Virus record (IMG/VR): IMGVR_UViG_3300022744_000001
Coordinates: 354,022-418,021 of that record
DNA from: a virus
DNA: 64,000 nt
Reading direction: 5' to 3' (one strand)
Shown: one piece after another, positions 37,975 to 45,741 of the stretch
Numbering within the stretch: position 1 is the first letter of the stretch
Layout: the number at the start of each line of letters is the position of its first letter
Program-made: the position numbers and the translations under genes
The notes under the pieces: model-generated
The model's input: only the letters and a program-made list of their open reading frames with translations
What the model was told of the DNA's origin: nothing
The model's database searches: none

Positions 37975-38361
37975 TCACTCCACCGGGTCCGCGCCACCCC
38001 CACCCTTGGTCTCAATCAGGTACTGGGAGAGGTTCCGAACCGCGTCATAGCCCTTGTCTCTCGGGATTTGCTTGCGGATCGCTTTGGACAAGTCCTTTCC
38101 TGTCTCGGCGAGGTTGAGGACCCCCGTCTGATTGGGCTTGGCCGCGAACAAGTCCTCGGGACGCAAATCCCGACGGTCAGGGTCAACCGTCTCGTCATGC
38201 CCATCTCCCATGGGCTTGCCGTGCTCACGAACGATGGCACGGTCAATCCCCCGGGGTGGGTTCACCGGTTTGACGAGGTCCTTGTCCTTCTTGCGCTGCC
38301 CCGGGGGCTGGTCCGCCATGAAGCGGCGAGCCACCCGGAGCAACATGCCCGAATCACTCAC
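37975..38361 (-). CDS. Small putative internal head protein
   Basis: N-terminal LLRVARRFMA tag; overlaps the upstream stop. Confidence 0.6.
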   Translation of the reverse strand: MSDSGMLLRVARRFMADQPPGQRKKDKDLVKPVNPPRGIDRAIVREHGKPMGDGHDETVDPDRRDLRPEDLFAAKPNQTGVLNLAETGKDLSKAIRKQIPRDKGYDAVRNLSQYLIETKGGGGADPVE

Positions 38362-40346
38362 AGCCTCACCTGTCCGGTACCCAGCTCAACAGAGACATCG
38401 ACTGGGCTGCTCGTGTCCTTGACATCAACCGCCAACTCTCCTTGCATGTCGAACTGGGCAAGGATCGAACGGTTGTCCATGAGGTCAGGGAGGGAAATCT
38501 CTGTCGCCTTCCCTGATGCGAGCATCTCCCGCTGCTGGGCTTTCTTGTCCGAGTACGGAGGCTCGATGACAAGCTGCTTGGCGTACTTCGAACAATGCCC
38601 GGGGCTCGTCTGAAGCACGCACGAAGCGCACTTCTCGCCCTTCTTCACGTAGGGGACCAAACGGGCACGGTGAAGACGCATACCCTCATCGCACCCTCGA
38701 CCGTAGTCGGAGTAGATGGTCGGGTCCACATAGTGGATACCTTGGAGGCCCTGCTCAGCGAGTACAGAGCGAAGCTCACTCTGAGCGGCCTTGAGGTCTC
38801 GAGGGTCGAAGTTACGCTTCAACGCAGCGAGCAAATCGGTACCATAAAGGCCCTCGTTGAGGTACCGAGACGCCGCCTTGATGATTTCACGCTTGGTCAA
38901 GTCGCCCGTCGTGTGCGACATAGAACCGCCGGTGAACGCCTTCATATGCGACTGCAAAGAGGCTGAGCTTGGGCGAGTCGAAGCCGTACGGTGCACCGAC
39001 TTCAACGTATTGCGAACGTCACCCTCAACGGCAACCGCTGCTTGCCCGATACGGCCTGCCAGACGATGCTCACGCACCGTTTGGTTGAGCACCTCAGAGG
39101 TATAGAGGTCGTCCGCCTTGGCTACGAGTGGGCGCCCGTAGAGCAGGCACCTGGCCATCTTGTTGTAAACGCAGCCTTGGCACTTGCCGCCCGCAACAAT
39201 ACCCTTGACCGAAGAGGCGTTTTTGGCCAGGAAGTCTGCGCCCTCGTGGCAGCTGTCAAACGAGTCCTGGGTCGAGTAAACCGCCCCGTAAAGGCCCGCC
39301 TCCTTGAAGAGCGGCTCCCAATGCTCGCGGGTCATACGAAGGTCGTCCAAACTGAACGACAGCTTCATCGCCTGCATGAGTTCGTGCTCAGACCGACCAC
39401 GGAGCATCTCCTTACGAAGGAGGCTCACGACTTCCACCGCCACCTTGTCTCGAGCGGCATTGGCCGAAGCCGTCTTGCCCTCAGCGGTAGGAGCCCAGGC
39501 CATCCCCGCCTGGATTGCCTGCTCCCGGAGCGAGCCCAGAACCGGCAAATGTACCTTCTTGGTGGCTTCCACAGGGCGAAGGAAGCTGGCGGGATTGACC
39601 ACCGGCTTGGGGGCCTCGGGGGCACTTGCCACCTTCACGTCCTCAGCCAGGAGGGCGAGCCGAATTCGCTCCTTCGGAGCCGCGGCGCTGGCCTGTACAG
39701 CCTTGCCCTTCCCAGCCTGCTTCTGCTCCACCTGGTTGGCAAGCTCAGCCGTATAGGGCACGTCCACAACGATCTGCTTCTGGAAGACCGCGCAGGTATT
39801 GCCTGCGTTGTGCACACACCCGCTGCAACGGTCACATGCCGTCACGAACCGAGCATCCGCGGCAAACCGACGAGCGAAAGCCACCTCAGCCTTTGCCGCT
39901 TGATGGCACCCAGGGAAATCGCTCGAGGCAAGGTAGTAACGCCCCAGGAGGCCGCGCTCCTGGAAAAGCGCGGTCAGATCCTCCTTGACCGAACGAACGG
40001 CGTCCTTGCCGAACTTCGAAATCAAGGTACCCAGCACCTTCCTTGGGTTTGGGTCCTGCATCATGTGCACACGAGCGGTACGAAGAATCGTCGCACCCGC
40101 TTGCTTCATGTGCTCGTACGAACGCTCCCCGACCTCACGCATGGTCCGAGGGCCGACGTTCTCGACATACACGGAGGGAGCCTCATCTTTATGGGCCCAC
40201 GCCGCCTCGAGCTGAGGGGAGTAGTCGAGGTTCTGCTTGGGGAGCTTTTCGAGATCCCGGTAAGCCTGCTCATCCACATCCAACCAATCAAGATCGGATA
40301 CGGACCCTTCTTTCAAGAAGCTCGAGAGATCACCGAGGTCAGCCAT
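38358..40346 (-). CDS. Protein with three tandem Cys4 repeat domains
   Basis: E.GL.G..Y...C...C..C...C repeated three times. Confidence 0.7.
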   Translation of the reverse strand: MADLGDLSSFLKEGSVSDLDWLDVDEQAYRDLEKLPKQNLDYSPQLEAAWAHKDEAPSVYVENVGPRTMREVGERSYEHMKQAGATILRTARVHMMQDPNPRKVLGTLISKFGKDAVRSVKEDLTALFQERGLLGRYYLASSDFPGCHQAAKAEVAFARRFAADARFVTACDRCSGCVHNAGNTCAVFQKQIVVDVPYTAELANQVEQKQAGKGKAVQASAAAPKERIRLALLAEDVKVASAPEAPKPVVNPASFLRPVEATKKVHLPVLGSLREQAIQAGMAWAPTAEGKTASANAARDKVAVEVVSLLRKEMLRGRSEHELMQAMKLSFSLDDLRMTREHWEPLFKEAGLYGAVYSTQDSFDSCHEGADFLAKNASSVKGIVAGGKCQGCVYNKMARCLLYGRPLVAKADDLYTSEVLNQTVREHRLAGRIGQAAVAVEGDVRNTLKSVHRTASTRPSSASLQSHMKAFTGGSMSHTTGDLTKREIIKAASRYLNEGLYGTDLLAALKRNFDPRDLKAAQSELRSVLAEQGLQGIHYVDPTIYSDYGRGCDEGMRLHRARLVPYVKKGEKCASCVLQTSPGHCSKYAKQLVIEPPYSDKKAQQREMLASGKATEISLPDLMDNRSILAQFDMQGELAVDVKDTSSPVDVSVELGTGQVRL

Positions 40347-41808
40347 TGGGGTTCACCTTGTTATCGTGCTGGTACAGATCTTCAGTGTCGTTCCGGTAGT
40401 CATGGACATTGCGGTCCCATTTGACATAAGGAACGTCTTGTTGCTCGTAGTCACTGCCAAAATCTGGCGTGTCTCGGTCGTAGTTGTAGTTCGACGGGTT
40501 TGACCCGGGCAGGCCCGATTCCCCCAGCAACAACTCCGACGTGCCGTGCACGCTCACGTTGAACTGGTTGCCCTTGTCCCCATCGTAGTAGTCGGATCGA
40601 GCTGGCGGGCCGGACTGCGGAAGTCCCGAAGTCGCCCACAGGTTACGGTCAAGACCGTCGAGGTAGGGGTTTGACCCTTCCTCATCGTCTCGAGTTTTGC
40701 GTCCTGGGTCGTTCGGAAGTTCGCTCGACGGTCCAGCCACCCCACGGCCATCAGGGGCCTTGGCGCCATAACCCTCGGAACCCTCTCCCTTGGCCCCGAA
40801 ACCTACCCCGAAATCATTGGCGTTGGTCTCGGTCGGGTCAGAGTTGGCGTCCGGGACACCCGAGCGCGCCACCACGTAATCGTGGTAGTCCATTTTCCCG
40901 GAGATGTCGTGTTCGAGCTGCGCCGCCAACCCTTCAATCGAGTTGTCAGCCGCAAACACAGAGGTGTAGTCGCCCTCTCGGGGGCCGCTTTGCCACCCGT
41001 CGGGGATGTTCCCCACCGGCTCCTCGTCCTTATTGTAGGAGCCCCCAGGACCCGTCTGCTGGTCGGCACGGTCGAGGTGGTCTACCCGGGGCCCAGACAA
41101 CGTGGTCACCGGAACCGACGAATTGGCTTTGGGGGACTTCCAAACAAGGGCCGGGTCAACGCTACTCGCCTGCTTGACGTTGTTGCTATTGTGGCCGCTC
41201 GTTCCATGCGGAGCTGCTGGGGTTGTTTCATTCCCCCCAGTCTCCGGGACTTTCGACCCAGGCTCATCCTCTTGCTTAGCTCCACCCTTGCCGTCGTTGC
41301 GAGACTCAATCTCCTCGATTTCCTTCTCGCCGTACGCCTCGGGGTCAGCAATGACCTGACCTGCTTCATCAACCAACTCGGTGATGTCCTCGGCTTCATT
41401 TTCCCCGAGATCAGCCATCTTGGGCTTCCAATGGGGGGCATTGATCTCGTCGTAGAGGGTGTCCGTGATGGCAGACAGAAGCTCGCAGGCATCCTGGAGT
41501 CGGCCGCGCACGTCCTTGACGTTCATCACGTACCCACGACCACCCAGCATACCGTCCGGGGACACGCTCGAGGACTTCACTCGAGCGAATTCCTTGTACG
41601 CAGTCACAGCGTGCCCGAGGGCAACGCTAGCCGAGAACAAAGCCCGAGAAAGTGGCTTCAAAGAGCGAGCATCGAACTCATGCCCCTTCGGGATGTTTCG
41701 CTGCCCCGCACCCGAAATAGTCCCCTTGGGCGTAGGGGAAGGCTCTGGGGGTAACGGGGTACCCTCCATTTGCGCCACGATTGTGCGAACCTTTTGTCTG
41801 GTGCTCAC
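40339..41808 (-). CDS. Acidic, largely disordered putative internal head protein
   Basis: GTG start at 41808 (TTG at 41820 is an alternative); helical N-domain then G/D/P-rich tail. Confidence 0.6.
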   Translation of the reverse strand: MSTRQKVRTIVAQMEGTPLPPEPSPTPKGTISGAGQRNIPKGHEFDARSLKPLSRALFSASVALGHAVTAYKEFARVKSSSVSPDGMLGGRGYVMNVKDVRGRLQDACELLSAITDTLYDEINAPHWKPKMADLGENEAEDITELVDEAGQVIADPEAYGEKEIEEIESRNDGKGGAKQEDEPGSKVPETGGNETTPAAPHGTSGHNSNNVKQASSVDPALVWKSPKANSSVPVTTLSGPRVDHLDRADQQTGPGGSYNKDEEPVGNIPDGWQSGPREGDYTSVFAADNSIEGLAAQLEHDISGKMDYHDYVVARSGVPDANSDPTETNANDFGVGFGAKGEGSEGYGAKAPDGRGVAGPSSELPNDPGRKTRDDEEGSNPYLDGLDRNLWATSGLPQSGPPARSDYYDGDKGNQFNVSVHGTSELLLGESGLPGSNPSNYNYDRDTPDFGSDYEQQDVPYVKWDRNVHDYRNDTEDLYQHDNKVNPNG

Positions 41809-41816
41809 CGGAGACC

Positions 41817-42083
41817 TCAAACCTTGAGAGGGGACCCGTCATCCGAGAACATGCGCTCCACGAACATGGAGCCGTCGGTCTGGCGCTTGATCGCCCAGAG
41901 GTCCTTGTCCGCCTTGTGCACAAGGGTTTCATTGCTGAGGCGAGCGAACCCAGCCAAATCTTGGATTGAAGCGATCTTGCGACGCGCAGTATGGGGTGTC
42001 ACGACCTGGGGCTCACGCTCCATGAAAGAGTCGAGCCCGTGAGAGCCCTGGACTTGAAGATCGGACAGGTCGAACTTGGCCAT
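41817..42083 (-). CDS. Small hypothetical head-module protein
   Basis: 88 aa, GAGGG SD. Confidence 0.6.
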   Translation of the reverse strand: MAKFDLSDLQVQGSHGLDSFMEREPQVVTPHTARRKIASIQDLAGFARLSNETLVHKADKDLWAIKRQTDGSMFVERMFSDDGSPLKV

Positions 42084-42090
42084 AGTACCC

Positions 42091-42993
42091 TCACGTGATT
42101 ATTAGTTGAATCTCAACGTCCACGTAGTTGTTGGTACTATATCCGGCCACACGAAGGGTTTCCGTGTAAGTACCTTGAGTCATGTTGTTCGGAGGCTGCA
42201 CGGTAACCGTGATTGGGTCGTGTCCTCCGGAGTTGAGTTGACCAGAAGACGGGGAGATCCCTGTCAACCAATCAGACAGACCAGTCAATTTGTTGACCTG
42301 GTACTCGAGGACCGACCCGGATACCCCCAGGTTCTGGACGTTGAAAGTCTGGGTTGGGATCGAGGGGAAGCTCCCCACCAAGGGCCTCACCACAGTGAAA
42401 GTCAACTGGAGCACGCTGCACCCAATCGTGGCCTTGGGCAGCACCACGATGGTCACCGGTACCATCTGCGGGCTGTTGGTGGCCCCAGGGTCCTGGATGG
42501 TCAGCATCTCGTTGTAAGGGCTGTCCACGGCCAACAACGCCGCCGAGTTGACGTCCACGTCGAACTGCCCGGACTCGTTGAGCGCCAGGTTGCCAATGTT
42601 TGCGGGGGTCGCTCGCACGTACGACGCCGACGTCGTGATCGTCACACCCAAAATTGAGCCGTACACGCCATCGTTCGTGAGCAGAACGCCTTGGGACAAG
42701 GAATAACCCTGCCCTTCGGTAACCGTGAACGTGAGGCTGCTCGGAGGCCCAACGAGGATGTGCGGACTGAAATTGGCTTGCAACTCGGTGATGCTCTCAG
42801 CCATGGCCTGGACCACGCTGCCAGGCAAAGGGATCGAGTCCCTCAGCAAACCATACGGGGAAACGATGTCCCGAATCGAATACTCTGGATTCGACTTGGA
42901 AACGTCAAGCCGCGTCGTCCACCGCCACTTGCCAGCAGGGACAGCGACTTCGAACTGGTAGTCGTGGACTTTCAGGTTGGAGACAAGCGGCAC
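42091..42993 (-). CDS. Virion protein with two BACON/Ig-like domains
   Basis: PSSLTFT...ATNSPQMVPVT and WLTGISPSSGQL..ITVTV..GTYTETLRV. Confidence 0.65.
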   Translation of the reverse strand: MPLVSNLKVHDYQFEVAVPAGKWRWTTRLDVSKSNPEYSIRDIVSPYGLLRDSIPLPGSVVQAMAESITELQANFSPHILVGPPSSLTFTVTEGQGYSLSQGVLLTNDGVYGSILGVTITTSASYVRATPANIGNLALNESGQFDVDVNSAALLAVDSPYNEMLTIQDPGATNSPQMVPVTIVVLPKATIGCSVLQLTFTVVRPLVGSFPSIPTQTFNVQNLGVSGSVLEYQVNKLTGLSDWLTGISPSSGQLNSGGHDPITVTVQPPNNMTQGTYTETLRVAGYSTNNYVDVEIQLIIT

Positions 42994-43017
42994 AGTTCCC
43001 TCTTCTGTGCCGACCCC

Positions 43018-43027
43018 ATAAGAAGAA
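43018..43027 (-). promoter_or_regulatory. Putative phage late-promoter element (TTCTTCTTAT) at the start of the virion module
   Basis: Related AT-rich 10-mers upstream of about 13 virion genes (see findings). Confidence 0.55.
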
Positions 43028-43042
43028 CCTCTGTCTCAGAGG
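43020..43042 (-). terminator. Possible terminator ending the replication module
   Basis: CCTCTG-AGA-CAGAGG then TTCTTCTT. Confidence 0.45.
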
Positions 43043-43060
43043 AACTCGAGGCGGAGGTAC

Positions 43061-43705
43061 CTAGAACAGGCCGTCTCCCCCGCGGCTTGCCCACTGCGGC
43101 AACTTGACCTCTCGGAGGATGTTGAATTTCTTCGATGCAATCGCGGAAAACACACGATGGTACCTCATAAGTGTGTCGTCCTCCCCGGCCTTCTTCTCCA
43201 AAAGCTTTACGGCACCGAAGAACCGGTGCCGTACGCGACCCTGGGTCAACCCCAAACGTGTGGCCACCTCAGACTGGCAAGTGGTCTGCCACATGCCCAC
43301 AAGGATGTTCACGTCGATTTCCCTGAGAGGTACCTTGGGGAGGTCCCGACGCATCTCGTCCTCGGTCACCTGGGGGATGGACAGGAGGAATCGGATGCGC
43401 TGAATGCCGCGGTCAAGGCGATAGGAGATGGCAGCCTGGGTGACCCCGAAGATCTCCGCAATGTCCGCCTGTTTCTTCTTGAGCACGTAGTAGAGATGGA
43501 CGATGTCCGCCTCTCGGTTCGGGATCTTGTCGAGTAGAGGTTTGACTTGGGACTCGTAGTGGAGATGGGAGAGTATCCCGCCCACCTCGTCCTCGGTTAG
43601 CTGCTCCGCATCTGCTTCGTCCAACAACGGCTCAGACGAGGCAAACCGGTTAGCCAACTCTGCCGGGTCTACGGAAATAACATATCCCCCACTCATACTT
43701 CCCAC
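43061..43705 (-). CDS. Tandem sigma-70 region-4-like HTH protein
   Basis: IPNREADIVHLYY..KQADIAEIFGVTQAAISYRL and LREIDVNIL..QSEVATRLGLTQGRVRHRF. Confidence 0.7.
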   Translation of the reverse strand: MGSMSGGYVISVDPAELANRFASSEPLLDEADAEQLTEDEVGGILSHLHYESQVKPLLDKIPNREADIVHLYYVLKKKQADIAEIFGVTQAAISYRLDRGIQRIRFLLSIPQVTEDEMRRDLPKVPLREIDVNILVGMWQTTCQSEVATRLGLTQGRVRHRFFGAVKLLEKKAGEDDTLMRYHRVFSAIASKKFNILREVKLPQWASRGGDGLF

Positions 43706-43712
43706 CCTCCCC

Positions 43713-44642
43713 TTAAGCTGTGACCTGGTGCTCGCCCGTCTTCACAAAGCCCCGGCTCGAGCCTTCCTCAGTCACGAAGGCGTCGATAATAGAATCTGGC
43801 TGGATTCCCCGGGAGGCGAGTAACAATTTGGCGCTGTCGGAGTTGACAGATGGGTCTGTCAGTGAGTACGGTACCTCTTGCAAGGGCATCAACTCGAGGT
43901 TGAGGCGAACCAGACCTTCCGACGCACGCAACTTCTCATACTGGCTAGCCGTGAGGCCCGCCATGTTGGACGAGAAAATGCCGTCGATAGTCTGGTGCAC
44001 GCGCAAGAGACTCGTAAGTAGTTTGGCTGGGACTGAAGGGACCCCAGGCAGGTTGTCCGACGTATCGCCTAGTAGTGCCCGGAGGTAAACAATCCTCTCG
44101 GGCGGTACGCCATACTCTGCCACGACCCTATCTGGGTCGTAAAGCTGTTCTGGACGATTACCAACCTTCGGTACCAACAGTTGGTCTGTGTAGGTGACCA
44201 ACTGTAAGAAATCGTGGTCGTTGGACATAATGATGTTGTGGTGTCCTCTCAACTCTCCCCTTACCAAGCTTGCGACCACATCATCAGCCTCTTCGTCCGC
44301 GTTGCGAGCTTGGTAAACCCCCAACATCGGAAGCACCTTCTGCACCGCCGCCATCTGACCATCAGAGAAAATGTCAGTCTTGGAGCGGGTACCCTTGTAC
44401 TCTGGGTACCTTGAGGTTCTCCGCTGCCTTGAGCCTTCCCAGACAACATAGAAGTTGTGTTTGGGGAAGCGACTCTTCAACGTGGCAAGGCTCCTCAAAA
44501 AGCCGAACAGCAACCCTGTCGGATTGCCGTCTGCGTCCGTAAGAGGATTCGGTATGTGTTTCATTGCATGGTAAGTGCGATACGCGAGATTGGCCCCATC
44601 AACGACGACGTTTTGCTGCACGGCGTTTACGCTCCCTGGCAT
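43713..44642 (-). CDS. 5'-3' exonuclease / flap endonuclease (PolA N-domain-like)
   Basis: VVDGANLAYR, RYPEYKGTR, EADDVVASL, SNDHDFLQL, LLGDTSDNLPGV. Confidence 0.9.
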   Translation of the reverse strand: MPGSVNAVQQNVVVDGANLAYRTYHAMKHIPNPLTDADGNPTGLLFGFLRSLATLKSRFPKHNFYVVWEGSRQRRTSRYPEYKGTRSKTDIFSDGQMAAVQKVLPMLGVYQARNADEEADDVVASLVRGELRGHHNIIMSNDHDFLQLVTYTDQLLVPKVGNRPEQLYDPDRVVAEYGVPPERIVYLRALLGDTSDNLPGVPSVPAKLLTSLLRVHQTIDGIFSSNMAGLTASQYEKLRASEGLVRLNLELMPLQEVPYSLTDPSVNSDSAKLLLASRGIQPDSIIDAFVTEEGSSRGFVKTGEHQVTA

Positions 44643-45741
44643 CTTCCTGCTCTGCCTTCTTGAGTTTCGACTCAACTTGCCCAACCTGATAACGCAGTCT
44701 CTTGATCGCTTCAGCAGTTGAGTCGTACACCTCCAGCTGACGGCAGAGTGCTTCCATCGCATCCGTACTGCTTAGCTCGGGGAGAGCTTGCAGAACCTCA
44801 CCAGCCCCAACCTGTCGGTCCAGAGAGGCGAAGGGCAATGTCAACCAAGCTAGGACGCCAACCTGCCCAACAAGCCCCTCCAGCGGGTCTATGGACGGCG
44901 GGACAACCAGCAAAGGAGCCAACTCAATCTCCCGCTGAAGCCGATGAGCCCGATGCAGAACCAAGACTGTCCCAGAACGCTTTTGCAGCTCATCGAAATC
45001 CTGGAATGCGACCTCCTCGACACGCTTGCGCGAGATGATATCGGGCACCAGGGTGGACACTCCATCGGCCAAAGGGTGAAGCTTGGCGACGTTCGTGTAC
45101 TGCTTGTCGAGCACCTCGAACGAGGCCAGCTGGGCCGAAAGCGGAACTGACGCCCGACGAAACCACTCCGTGATGCGTAGGTACTTCGTCCGGAATGGAG
45201 AGAACGCAGGCGTATCGCCCGCTTCCTCGTGGGTCACGAACCGTAAAAAGCTCCGAGGCAGCGTGACAATCGCTTGCTTGGACCGCAAAGAGATGTAGAC
45301 CTGGACTGAATCCTTCTCAGGAATCTCTTCGATTACCCGGCCCCGGATGCCCTTATAGGCCCCAGACATCACCTCAACTTCATCTCCGACTTCAATACCC
45401 TGGTCAGTCTCAACTTGGATCTGCTTGCGCATCTTCGTGATGTCCGCATCACGAACAGTTGAGAGTTGTCGAACCCGACCATTAACCGCAGTTAGGACAG
45501 CCGAAATGTACTTGGTACCTTCGGTGCGGTAGTAATAGGGGTCGGGGTGATCGCGCCGAACGAACACGTAGTTGTCGATCAGCTTGTGAACAACACGGCT
45601 ATCCCCCACCACCGAGATGGAAGCCGGGACGAAAATCTCTGAGTCTCGCAGGATGCGTCGAACCGCCGCCCGAAGAACTTCCGGATCTTCATCCTCACCT
45701 TGGGGCGTCAGTTCCAAAACTACCCATTCAGCCACGTCCAA
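44599..45741 (-). CDS. NusG-family transcription elongation factor with long C-terminal extension
   Basis: NGN domain (WVVL..EIFVP..LIDNYVFV) plus KOW (IEVGDEVEVMSGAYKGIRGRV). Confidence 0.8.
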   Translation of the reverse strand: MDVAEWVVLELTPQGEDEDPEVLRAAVRRILRDSEIFVPASISVVGDSRVVHKLIDNYVFVRRDHPDPYYYRTEGTKYISAVLTAVNGRVRQLSTVRDADITKMRKQIQVETDQGIEVGDEVEVMSGAYKGIRGRVIEEIPEKDSVQVYISLRSKQAIVTLPRSFLRFVTHEEAGDTPAFSPFRTKYLRITEWFRRASVPLSAQLASFEVLDKQYTNVAKLHPLADGVSTLVPDIISRKRVEEVAFQDFDELQKRSGTVLVLHRAHRLQREIELAPLLVVPPSIDPLEGLVGQVGVLAWLTLPFASLDRQVGAGEVLQALPELSSTDAMEALCRQLEVYDSTAEAIKRLRYQVGQVESKLKKAEQEDARERKRRAAKRRR

